DNA of 64,000 nt from Acidobacteriota bacterium (lineage in GTDB: Bacteria > Acidobacteriota > Vicinamibacteria > Marinacidobacterales > Marinacidobacteraceae): assembly GCA_022822745.1 (NCBI GenBank), contig JAJEAO010000005.1, positions 17,831 through 81,830 on the forward strand. The letters are read 5' to 3'. Shown one piece after another: positions 55,972 to 64,000 of this stretch. How positions within the stretch are numbered: the first letter of the stretch is position 1; each line of letters opens with the position of its first letter. The notes under the pieces were generated by a model, which made no database searches, was not told where the DNA came from, and saw only the letters and a program-made list of their open reading frames with translations. Position numbers and translations under genes: made by a program.

Positions 55972-56990
55972 TGACCCGACGTTCTCTGCTTGCTCTCGTT
56001 GGCTCCATCGGGCTCGGTTGGAGCCGAGGCACAGCAGCTCAGCTTCCCGGCACGCTCACGCGTCCGCCACGGCTTCGCGACGGGGACGTGATCGGGTTGA
56101 CCAGTCCGGCGACGGCGGCCTGGGAGACAGACCCGATGGAGGTGTTCATGGACGCCTTCCGCGAGATCGGCCTCGAACCGCGGCTCGGGCCGAACTTCTA
56201 CGGGAGGCGCGGCTACTTCGCGGGGACCGACGAGCAGCGGGCGTCCGACATCATGGGCTTCTTCGAGGATCCCGGAGTGCGGGGCATCTTCGCCCGCGGC
56301 GGCTGGGGCTCGGCGCGCGTCCTCCCGCTCCTCGACTACGACGTGATCCGGGCGAACCCGAAGGTGCTCCTCGGCTACTCCGACGCCACCGCCCTCATCA
56401 CCGGCGTCCATGCGAAGACGGGCCTGATCACGATGCACGGTCCCGGCCCCGGAAACCGGTTCTCCACCCAGCACTTCCAGAGTGTGCTGATGGAAGGAGA
56501 CGCGGATCTGCTGGTGAACCTGGCCGCCGACCCGGGCGACCACATCGTGAACCGCGAGCACCGCACTCGCACGATCACGCCTGGCGTCGCGCGGGGCCGG
56601 CTCGTCGGCGGCAACCTGACCGTCCTCTCCGCGATCGTGGGCTCGGACTACCTGCCCGACTTCACCGGGGCCATCCTGTTCCTCGAAGATGTGGACGAAG
56701 CGGTGTACCGGGTGGATCGGATGCTCACGACGCTCCGCCTCGCGGGCCTCCTCGACCGAATCGCAGGCTTCGTCTTCGGTCGCTGCACCAACTGCGACCC
56801 GTCTTCGGGCTTCGGCTCGCTGACGCTCGAAGAGGTCCTCGCGGACCACATCGCTTCGCTCGGCATCCCCGCCTTCCGGGGCAGCATGATCGGCCACATC
56901 CCCGAGCAGTTCACCCTCCCCATCGGCGGCCTCGCCGAAGTGGATGCCGACGCCGGAACGATCCGCCTTCTCGAACCCGCCGTCATCTGA
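55971..56990 (+). CDS. ldcA: LD-carboxypeptidase (peptidase S66)
   Basis: Tat/Sec-like signal MTRRSLLALVGS; nucleophile block LLGYSDATALI; catalytic His region near the C-terminus. Confidence 0.8.
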   Translation: MTRRSLLALVGSIGLGWSRGTAAQLPGTLTRPPRLRDGDVIGLTSPATAAWETDPMEVFMDAFREIGLEPRLGPNFYGRRGYFAGTDEQRASDIMGFFEDPGVRGIFARGGWGSARVLPLLDYDVIRANPKVLLGYSDATALITGVHAKTGLITMHGPGPGNRFSTQHFQSVLMEGDADLLVNLAADPGDHIVNREHRTRTITPGVARGRLVGGNLTVLSAIVGSDYLPDFTGAILFLEDVDEAVYRVDRMLTTLRLAGLLDRIAGFVFGRCTNCDPSSGFGSLTLEEVLADHIASLGIPAFRGSMIGHIPEQFTLPIGGLAEVDADAGTIRLLEPAVI

Positions 56991-57020
56991 CCGATCTCTC
57001 CACCCGATGCCGATTGCCAT

Positions 57021-58757
57021 TTGGGCCGAGCGCTTACGATCCCTGCTTCTCGCTCCGAATCCCCCCAGCCGATCGTGACCAGCCCGCAAGGTTCCAATTC
57101 GGCTTCGTCAGGCGACGCCGTGACGGAGGCGGTGCTCGCGGTCCGCGATGGCCTTGAGCGAGAGATCTACCAGCGCAGGTCCGACGTTGCCAGCGCGGTG
57201 GGCCGGCTCCTTACGGCGCTTGGATGGGATGTCTTCGATCCGAGGCAGGTGAGTCGCAACTACCCGACCGGCAACCAGCGGCTCGATTTCGCACTCTTCC
57301 CTACCGCGGATCGGCCCCTCGTGGTCATCGACACCAGGAAGGGCACCGGTCCGCGAGTTGGCGGCGCCACGATCCTGCTCGAGTTCTGTCGCGGCCAGGA
57401 CATTCCGCTTGCTGTGCTCACGAATGCCCGCAGGTGGCTCCTCTACTCCGCGAGTGGCAGCGCCGGGAATGGTGACGGCTGCTTCCTCCAGCTCGATCTT
57501 CTCGACGAGGCACCGCCGGATGTCGCTCAGCACTTGACACGCCATCTCGCACGGAGTCAAGTGGAGTCTGGCCGCGCACAGGCCGCGGCCGAGGCAGCCC
57601 TGGAAGAGATCCGCGGGCAGAGCCGAGCTGCCCGCTCCTTCGAGCCGGTCCTCAGGACGATGGTGGAGGGGCCGGACGACTCTCTAGTCGATCTGTTCTG
57701 TGCGCGCGTGGAAGAGACGAGCGGAGCTCGGCCCGCTCGCGACGCTGCGTCCGTGTTCCTCGCGCGGACACTCGACGTCACAACCTCGTCCTCAAGGTCG
57801 CAAACAGAGACACGCTCTGCGAAGTCCGCTCCGCCGTCATCAGACGGATCGCGAAGTCCGGAGCTGACCATGTTCGGCCGGACGTCTCATCCGTCATCCG
57901 GTAAGGACCTTCTGGTCGATGTGTTCGCCGAGCTGGCGCGGCGCGACGAGGGCTTCTGTCACCGGTTTGCGTCGGCGCACCGGGGTCGGACCCGGCGTTA
58001 CTTGGCGCGCGCCCGAGCTCGGCTCTACCCGGGGAATCCCGAGTTCGCCAGGAAGTTTGCAGAAGAGCTACCGGGCGGCTGGTGGATCGCAACCCAGAAC
58101 AGTAATCGAGGAAAGCGCCAACTCATTCAGAAGGCGTGCGCGGTGGCGGGCGTCGGATTCGGAACCGACGTCATCGTTCGGCTCCCGACGATTCGGCGAA
58201 GCGCGGGGAGCAGAAGTAGTCGGGGATCGAAGGTCGCGACACCGCCGGCGTCTGGAGGAGGAGGCGTCGCCCCCAAGTCTCCGCAGCCTGGTCAGATCAG
58301 ACCGACGGGGACCGGCCGTTTCGTGCTCACTCTCGAAGGAAGTGTCCGACGATTCCCGAGCGGAGTGGCAGCCCTGGTGGCCGCGTTCGAGTGGTTCGCA
58401 TCCCGGGATGCCGGATTCCTGGAGCGGTTCGCCCGTGAAGTCCGAGGGACTTCCGTCCACTACGTGGCGCGCGATCGAATGCGGATGTACCTGAGCCGAC
58501 CGAAGGCAGGGCCGAAGAACTCGGCGGCCCTGTCCCGTGGCTGGTGGATCGCCACGCAGAACAGCAGTGCCCAGAAGAAGAGTCTGATCCGACGCGCCTG
58601 CGAACTGGCGGGCCTGAAGTGGGGACAGGACGTTCTCGTGGATTTCCCGGCCCATCACCGCTATCGCAAGAAAAAGGGCCCTACCGCCAAGCACTCCTCC
58701 AACGAATCCGCCGAGGCGATTCTCGAGGCTCTCCGTTCGCGCCGCAGCGTCCGCTGA
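57021..58757 (+). CDS. HsdR_N-like PD-(D/E)xK nuclease-fold protein with a tandemly duplicated C-terminal domain of unknown function
   Basis: N-terminal block RLDFALF...LVVIDTRKG...LAVLTNARRWLLY matches the type I HsdR N-terminal / Mrr-like PD-(D/E)xK pattern. Two ~105-aa repeats share F.RFA...Y.AR.R.YL...GWWIATQNS..K..LI..AC..AG. Start uncertain (TTG 57021, or GTG 57072 / 57117). GC3 clearly lower than in native genes. Confidence 0.6.
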   Translation: MGRALTIPASRSESPQPIVTSPQGSNSASSGDAVTEAVLAVRDGLEREIYQRRSDVASAVGRLLTALGWDVFDPRQVSRNYPTGNQRLDFALFPTADRPLVVIDTRKGTGPRVGGATILLEFCRGQDIPLAVLTNARRWLLYSASGSAGNGDGCFLQLDLLDEAPPDVAQHLTRHLARSQVESGRAQAAAEAALEEIRGQSRAARSFEPVLRTMVEGPDDSLVDLFCARVEETSGARPARDAASVFLARTLDVTTSSSRSQTETRSAKSAPPSSDGSRSPELTMFGRTSHPSSGKDLLVDVFAELARRDEGFCHRFASAHRGRTRRYLARARARLYPGNPEFARKFAEELPGGWWIATQNSNRGKRQLIQKACAVAGVGFGTDVIVRLPTIRRSAGSRSSRGSKVATPPASGGGGVAPKSPQPGQIRPTGTGRFVLTLEGSVRRFPSGVAALVAAFEWFASRDAGFLERFAREVRGTSVHYVARDRMRMYLSRPKAGPKNSAALSRGWWIATQNSSAQKKSLIRRACELAGLKWGQDVLVDFPAHHRYRKKKGPTAKHSSNESAEAILEALRSRRSVR

Positions 58758-58775
58758 TTGACGCGAGGAGCTCGC

Positions 58776-61238
58776 ATGCAAGCACAGCACATTGACTTTC
58801 TTGAACTCCTGGATGGGAAGGTGCACTATGTCGTGCCCCGATGGCAGCGTCGCTACCGATGGGGCTACACCGACATCGAGCGCCTCGTGGAGGATCTGGT
58901 AACGATCGCTGCCGTGGATCGTCCCCACGCGGCGCACTATGGGGGGACGCTTCTCACGTTCACGGAAACAGGGGCTGCGGGCGTGGTCAAGACCATCAGA
59001 GTCGTGGACGGCCAGCAGCGCCTCACGACGGTGAGCCTGCTTCTGGACTGTATTTCGGATGCGATCGGCCCGGACGGGAGCATTGGCGAGTGGACTGCGG
59101 CAGAGATTCGTGACTGCCTGTTCAACCCCAAGGTCAAGCGCGGTCCCAAGCGTCTCAAGCTGAGGCTGCAGACGGGGGACGCCGAGGAGTATCGACGCTG
59201 CCTCAACGGAGATCGGAATGGGCCCGGGACGGTGGCGGCAGCGTGGAGGATCGCCCGCAGGTTGTTGGTGCGCAAGAGGGGCGCGGCGTCAGTGCTTCGC
59301 GGACTCCAGCGGTTTCGGGTCGTCAGCATCGGGCTCGAATCGCCCGAGGATCCACAACAGATCTTCGAGAGTCTGAATGCCACCGGCCGTCCGCTGACCG
59401 AGACCGAGAAAATCAAGAACTGGATCCTCATGGGCCTGTCGGACGTGGAGCAGGAGGAGGTGCACGATGACTCGTGGTTGGCCTTCGAGCGGCGCCTCGG
59501 GGCCCGGCATACGACGGAGCCCTCTGACCTGTTCTTCCGCGACTTCCTGCGGTGGAAGACCGGGCAGGTTCGCGGGACGAGCCGAGTCTACGAGGACTTC
59601 CGGCGATGGGCGGTCGGCCGGCAGCTCGACCGGAGCAGGCCAGCGCTCTGTCGGAGACTGGCACGGCTCGCCGGACTCTACGGGAAACTCACGGGGGCCA
59701 ACGGGTCGTACGCGGACGATGGCGTGGAGAAGCAGCTCGTTCACCTGCGTGACATGGGGTTGCATGTCCACCGACCGATGACCCTGCGGCTCCTCCACGA
59801 TGCGTCACAGAACGCGGGCCCGGTCTTGACCGGTGACGAGCTGGCTGCCGTGCTCGCCGGGGTCGGCACCTGGCTCACGCGCCTCTGGCTTGCGGATCGG
59901 CCGTTGAATGCCGTAAACCGCGCCGCGACCCACCTCGCCAAGGCGGGGGGGCCGGGAGAGAGTGACGCGCCGGTGGAATACTGGCTGGAGCGGATTCGCC
60001 GCCTGCAAAACACCCGAGCGGAAGTTCCGGATGACGACGCCGTGCGTCAGGGGATCCGTACTCGGAAGGCGTACGGAGGCAGGTCGACTGGCTCTGCGTC
60101 CGCGGTCTTGTGGGCGCTCGTGGACCACGAGCACGGAAAGGAGCGCCTGTCACGGCAAGGCATAACGATCGAGCACGTGATGCCGCAGAGACTCACGGCG
60201 GGCTGGCGGCGCGACCTAGGACCGACCGCCGAGGAGGTTCACGGTCTCTACCGGGATCGGCTGGCGAATCTGACGCTGACGGGCTACAACCCGGAGCTTG
60301 GCGCGCAGCAGTTCGAGTCGAAGCGGGCGCTGTATGAGAAGAGTGCCATCCACATGACGCGGCGCGTGGCGCGCTCCGACCAGTGGGGCAGAAACGAGAT
60401 GGAGCAGCGCGCGGAAGATCTGACCGAGCGAGCCCTGAAACTATGGAGATGGAGTGGGCCGGGGCACGAGCGCTCCCCGGACTCCTCCGCACTGCGCTGG
60501 AGGATCGATCAGGAGCCGTGGAGGACCGAAATGGCCGCCAGTCAGATGGTGCTGAACGTGGTGTCCGCCTTGCTGACCATGGATCCGGCGAACGCGCAGA
60601 AGCTCACTGGACCCGCAGTCACGGTGGACCTGCATTCGGCCGGTGATCTGCCCAAGGGGCATAGCCAGACCCTTCGTTCCGTGCCGGGACATGCGGGCTA
60701 CGTTCTGTATCCCTACGACCAGAACCACCCGCAGAGTGCGAGGCGTTGTGAGGAGTTCGGCCAGCGGTGCGATGTTCGGGTCGAAGTGGAGCATCGCAGA
60801 CAGAGTCATCCGGAGAGCCTCTGGCAATTCATCAAGAGGCGAACCGGCAGACTGCCTGGGCAGAAGGACACCTGGAAGGGCCCCTCCCAGTGGACTGGAC
60901 CTTACGAGCCACTCGGGGACTGGATTCTCGTGTACGTAGGGAACCCCGATTGGATCTGGTTGTTCATCCGCGCCGATGAGGGCGAGGCAACCCCTGAGCG
61001 ATCAGCGAGAATGCTGCGCTATTCGCGAGCGATCCGTTCCGAGATGGGAGACCAGACTCCGGGATGGGAGACGCAGGAAAAGGGGGCAGCGCACGGACGC
61101 TCTCTATCGGTCAGGCGGGCTTGGGATCGGGATGACCGGGATGCCTGGCCTGAAGCCGTGGACTGGCTCGCCGAACAGCTCGGACGCATGCGACAAATCC
61201 TGGAGCGGATTGGGGCGGCGGCGGACCGAGCCGAGTGA
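58776..61238 (+). CDS. GmrSD-family type IV (modification-dependent) restriction endonuclease, DUF262 + DUF1524
   Basis: GAGGAG 6 nt upstream of the ATG. DUF262 motif VVDGQQRLTTV; C-terminal His-Me finger region ITIEHVMPQ (DUF1524). 820 aa; lower GC3. Confidence 0.85.
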   Translation: MQAQHIDFLELLDGKVHYVVPRWQRRYRWGYTDIERLVEDLVTIAAVDRPHAAHYGGTLLTFTETGAAGVVKTIRVVDGQQRLTTVSLLLDCISDAIGPDGSIGEWTAAEIRDCLFNPKVKRGPKRLKLRLQTGDAEEYRRCLNGDRNGPGTVAAAWRIARRLLVRKRGAASVLRGLQRFRVVSIGLESPEDPQQIFESLNATGRPLTETEKIKNWILMGLSDVEQEEVHDDSWLAFERRLGARHTTEPSDLFFRDFLRWKTGQVRGTSRVYEDFRRWAVGRQLDRSRPALCRRLARLAGLYGKLTGANGSYADDGVEKQLVHLRDMGLHVHRPMTLRLLHDASQNAGPVLTGDELAAVLAGVGTWLTRLWLADRPLNAVNRAATHLAKAGGPGESDAPVEYWLERIRRLQNTRAEVPDDDAVRQGIRTRKAYGGRSTGSASAVLWALVDHEHGKERLSRQGITIEHVMPQRLTAGWRRDLGPTAEEVHGLYRDRLANLTLTGYNPELGAQQFESKRALYEKSAIHMTRRVARSDQWGRNEMEQRAEDLTERALKLWRWSGPGHERSPDSSALRWRIDQEPWRTEMAASQMVLNVVSALLTMDPANAQKLTGPAVTVDLHSAGDLPKGHSQTLRSVPGHAGYVLYPYDQNHPQSARRCEEFGQRCDVRVEVEHRRQSHPESLWQFIKRRTGRLPGQKDTWKGPSQWTGPYEPLGDWILVYVGNPDWIWLFIRADEGEATPERSARMLRYSRAIRSEMGDQTPGWETQEKGAAHGRSLSVRRAWDRDDRDAWPEAVDWLAEQLGRMRQILERIGAAADRAE

Positions 61239-61283
61239 ATTGGCCATGCGTGAGGCGGACGCATCGGCGCCGCTTGATACCGG

Positions 61284-61565
61284 TCAGGGCCGAGATGGTG
61301 TTCGGGGGCGGGCCCGGCTCGAGTCGTAGGAGGCCTGCCGTCGGAGCCAGAAGGCCGTGTTGGACCACCCGGCCCTCTCCAGACGCGCCGCCACATCCGG
61401 TGAAATGGCGGCGTGGCCACCCAGGATCCGCGAGAGTGCGTCGCGGGCGACGCCGAGCATCTGCGCCGCTTCGTCCACGCTGAGACCCATGGCGTCCATG
61501 CAGTTCTCGCGGATACTCCGACCGGGGTGGGGTGGGTGGCGCATGGTGATGGCCGGTTGCCTCAC
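61284..61565 (-). CDS. HigA-family HTH antitoxin
   Basis: MRHPPHPGRSIRENCMDAMGLSVDEAAQMLGVARDALSRILGG...FWL matches the HigA (antidote) family. First ATG gives an ATGA overlap with the upstream ORF; an alternative ATG lies 21 nt downstream. Confidence 0.7.
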   Translation of the reverse strand: MRQPAITMRHPPHPGRSIRENCMDAMGLSVDEAAQMLGVARDALSRILGGHAAISPDVAARLERAGWSNTAFWLRRQASYDSSRARPRTPSRP

Positions 61566-61810
61566 TTCTTCCAGACCTTGGCCACATCGGGCTTCACGGT
61601 GACGTATGCCGCCAGCTTGCGTCCGTCGGCGATCTGAGCCGAAGCGTTCGGAGGACCAGCCAGTGCGGCGATGCGAGCAGCGTTCGTGCCTGCTTCCATG
61701 ATGTCCCGATCGAAGAGCGTTCCGTACAACTGCTCGTGCGCCGTCTTGTGGCCGGCCGGTGCGGAGCGTCGCATCGTTTGGAACTTGGTGACGAGGTCTG
61801 ATTCGGTCAT
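61562..61810 (-). CDS. hypothetical 82-aa protein, candidate toxin partner of the HigA-like gene
   Basis: Position and 4-nt overlap only. The sequence does not resemble canonical HigB/RelE. Confidence 0.35.
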   Translation of the reverse strand: MTESDLVTKFQTMRRSAPAGHKTAHEQLYGTLFDRDIMEAGTNAARIAALAGPPNASAQIADGRKLAAYVTVKPDVAKVWKK

Positions 61811-62171
61811 CGGTAGAGTCTCCGGGGTCGCGGCGAGGTGGTCGTGGCCGGAGTTCGCCGACTCTTTCCGGCTGGCGTTCCGCTGTGGCTCTGGTCGTAC
61901 AGCTCCGTACCGGGCGATGTCATCCTCTTCGAACAGAGCTCGTGTCTTGTCGATGTTCCGGCGCGGGCCGGAGCCGACCGGCGGCCCGTCGAGCGGCCCG
62001 TCCCAGTGGGAGCAATGGAGGAAGTGTACTGCGCGCCGTGGCGAATCAGTGCGTCATTCCGGCCGTGACGCGGCTTTCGGGGGCACCTCGCGCCGCCGTC
62101 TGGTTCCCGCTTTCGGGGGCGTCTCAGGGTGAGTGGATGCGGTTGGCCGCTCGATCCCGGAGACGGCTCGT

Positions 62172-62675
62172 TCAGCTCGGGTCCGGGTCGTGCAGCGTGT
62201 GGAGGAAGCGCTCGAACCGCTGCAGGTCGCGCAGGACGAGAGGGTGGACCTGATGGAGCTTGGCGATCAGGAAGTCCATGCGATCCCAGTCGTACTCCAT
62301 CTCGAAGTAGTAGCGCTTGAAGTGCCGGAAACGCAGCAGTTCCAGGAGCAGCGGCAGCGCCTCGTCCGACACCGCCGCCACGCGGACGCCCTCGATCTCG
62401 AGGTTCATTCGCTCGAGAAGATCGCGATGCCAACGCTCAGGCCGAAGCCGGTTCTCGAAGTGCTGCGAGATGCGCACGAAGGCAGTTTCCAGGCAGGTGT
62501 AGTAGTTCTCCAGGAGGCTTGCGGCAATCAGGGCCGAGACCGGTGTCCTTCCGAGGCGCGGAATCTCGTCGGCGAGGGCGCTCTCGAGCGCGTCGCGGAC
62601 CTGGTCGAGCCGTCGCCGGTGGAGCCGGACCTGGGCGAGCAGCTCAGCCGTCGCCGCGTTCATGGACCAGCGCAC
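62172..62675 (-). CDS. HEPN-like nucleotidyltransferase substrate-binding protein (HI0074-like)
   Basis: 167 aa, all-helical. Putative R-x(4-6)-H in ELLRFRHFKRYY. Overlaps the upstream MNT gene by 32 nt. Confidence 0.6.
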   Translation of the reverse strand: MRWSMNAATAELLAQVRLHRRRLDQVRDALESALADEIPRLGRTPVSALIAASLLENYYTCLETAFVRISQHFENRLRPERWHRDLLERMNLEIEGVRVAAVSDEALPLLLELLRFRHFKRYYFEMEYDWDRMDFLIAKLHQVHPLVLRDLQRFERFLHTLHDPDPS

Positions 62676-63033
62676 CTCGGGTGCGGATCTGTTCGGCGAT
62701 TTCCTTCGGCACCTTCTCCATCTCGATCACGTCCACCGGGAGGGTCGTGCCGTCCATCGCGATCCCGAGCACGCGGAAGAACTCGGCGGGGCCAGAGAGT
62801 CCCTCGACGGCGAGATCGATATCCGAGATCTCGCTGAAACGCGACCGATCGAGGAGCGATCCCCACTGGTAGATGCGGCGCGGGTTCACCTCCTCGACGA
62901 TCGCTGCGATGATCTCTTTCGCATCCCGGTTCGCCCGCTCGAAACGGGCCTCGATCCGGGCTTGGCGCCGTTCCTCCTTGCGTGCGAGGAAGGCTCGCGC
63001 CTGATCGAGATCAATGCCGAACTCGCTGTTCAC
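62644..63033 (-). CDS. minimal nucleotidyltransferase (MNT, Pol-beta superfamily)
   Basis: GS...D.D motif in YQWGSLLDRSRFSEISDIDLAVEG. Confidence 0.75.
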   Translation of the reverse strand: MNSEFGIDLDQARAFLARKEERRQARIEARFERANRDAKEIIAAIVEEVNPRRIYQWGSLLDRSRFSEISDIDLAVEGLSGPAEFFRVLGIAMDGTTLPVDVIEMEKVPKEIAEQIRTRGALVHERGDG

Positions 63034-63049
63034 GGCCGGCTCGGCCCGA

Positions 63050-64000
63050 TCAGACGATCCGGCTACGGAGCGCCTTCAGGCCGCCGAGGGCGCGCTGGAT
63101 GTGCTCCTCGGTGTTGTAGATGTGCGGCGACAGCCGGAAGCCGCCGGAAGTGGAGCCGGCGATGCCGTGGTCGTCGTACATCCGCGAGAAGACCTCGCGC
63201 TGGTTGTCCGGGTTCACTTCGATGATGACGACGCCGCCGGAGAGGTCGTCGGCCATCGGGGTGACGAGCGGGATGCCCATGTCCCGGATGCCTTCCTTGA
63301 GGCTGCGGGCGAGCTGGAGGACGCGCTGTTCGACGCGCTTCGGCGTGATCTCGGCGTGGAAGGCCGCGGTCGTCTCCATCGCGGCGAGGCACGGATCGTC
63401 GCGCTGTCCCATGGACTCGAACTTCCTCGCTCCGGTCGGGTCGGGATCGGCGTCACCGCCCCAGCCGGGGGCGACTTCGGCGGGCCAGATCCTCGGGATG
63501 TGCTCGGCTCGGACGGCGAGGACGCCGCACTCCTTGGGCCCGCAGTACCACTTGTGGGAGCTGGACGAATAGGTGTCGGCGCCGAGGGCGGGCAGGTCGA
63601 TCACGATTGCGCCGAGGCTCTGCGCGCCGTCGAGGTGGAGGTGGACGTCGCGCCCGGCGAGTCCGTCGGCGATCCGTCGCACCGGGAGTCGGATGCCGGA
63701 GACGTTCGAGACGTGGGTGATGGCGAGCACTTTGGTCTGCGGCGTGATTGCCTCGAGGAAGGGAGCGGCGAGCGCTTCTTCGCTCTCGGCGCGCTTCGGG
63801 GTCGCGACCTTCTTCACCGAGAACCCGTAGCGGGCGGCGCGAACTTCCCACGCCACGTGGTTCGTGGGGTGGTTCTGGTCCCACAGGACGACCTCGTCGC
63901 CGGGGCCGAGCGGCACGCCCGCGTTCACGATGTTGTTCGCTTCGCTGGTGTTGCGGACGAGGGCGACTTCATCGGGGGTCACGCCGAGCTGGGAGGCGAC
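63050..64000 (-). CDS. class V aminotransferase / cysteine desulfurase-like PLP enzyme (N-terminus lies beyond the window)
   Basis: PLP-lysine region YSSSSHKWYCGPKECG; the ORF continues in frame to the window end. Confidence 0.75.
   Translation of the reverse strand, partial: VASQLGVTPDEVALVRNTSEANNIVNAGVPLGPGDEVVLWDQNHPTNHVAWEVRAARYGFSVKKVATPKRAESEEALAAPFLEAITPQTKVLAITHVSNVSGIRLPVRRIADGLAGRDVHLHLDGAQSLGAIVIDLPALGADTYSSSSHKWYCGPKECGVLAVRAEHIPRIWPAEVAPGWGGDADPDPTGARKFESMGQRDDPCLAAMETTAAFHAEITPKRVEQRVLQLARSLKEGIRDMGIPLVTPMADDLSGGVVIIEVNPDNQREVFSRMYDDHGIAGSTSGGFRLSPHIYNTEEHIQRALGGLKALRSRIV

Noticed and set aside
1-64000. tRNA, rRNA or integrase genes as island boundaries
   Set aside because: By inspection I could not identify any cloverleaf-compatible ~75-nt segment, rRNA-like conserved stretch or tyrosine/serine recombinase ORF. 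A covariance-model scan (tRNAscan-SE / Infernal) is needed to rule these out properly.

Overview
Roughly 68-70% GC (judged by eye) bacterial chromosomal segment. Coding is dense on both strands, with many 4-nt start/stop overlaps (ATGA, GTGA, TTGA, TGATG). Coordinates taken from the ORF track are exact; those I derived by counting along the displayed sequence may be off by 1-2 nt. What is in the window:
(i) At the 5-prime edge, a probable horizontally acquired defence module: the C-terminal ~640 aa of a gamma-class N6-adenine DNA methyltransferase (NPPW motif), then with a TGATG overlap a 1059-aa protein that fuses a PLD/HKD nuclease domain to an SNF2-family (DEGH) helicase, then an HTH + ImmA/IrrE metallopeptidase regulator.
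(ii) An addB/addA-like helicase-nuclease pair.
(iii) Ordinary metabolic and housekeeping genes: RidA, aldo/keto reductase, APC permease, M20 peptidase, lactate permease, MtaB-like methylthiotransferase, purC, nrdR, an FTCD-like formimidoyltransferase, pgpA, cinA, thpR, ribE, ribD, ribBA, efp, epmA, an ABC transporter with a double-FtsX permease and an AttH-like lipocalin protein, and an LD-carboxypeptidase. There are also two paralogous ~1050-aa secreted BNR/sortilin-like proteins.
(iv) A six-gene, translationally coupled ECF sigma / anti-sigma / LiaF-TM / DUF4097 envelope-stress-like operon.
(v) Four toxin-antitoxin-like loci: Gp49-type HigB/HigA, an orphan Phd/VapB-type antitoxin, a second HigA-like pair, and a HEPN/MNT pair.
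(vi) A visibly lower-GC 3-prime island (~57-63 kb) with an orphan AAA_21/OLD-type ATPase, an HsdR_N-like PD-(D/E)xK protein carrying a tandemly duplicated unknown domain, and a GmrSD-family (DUF262/DUF1524) type IV restriction enzyme.
(vii) A ~500-bp cluster of nested direct and inverted repeats between ribBA and efp.
No rRNA, tRNA or CRISPR array was recognised. Three well-conserved genes have no canonical in-frame start codon. All family assignments come from motif recognition by eye; none was checked against a database.
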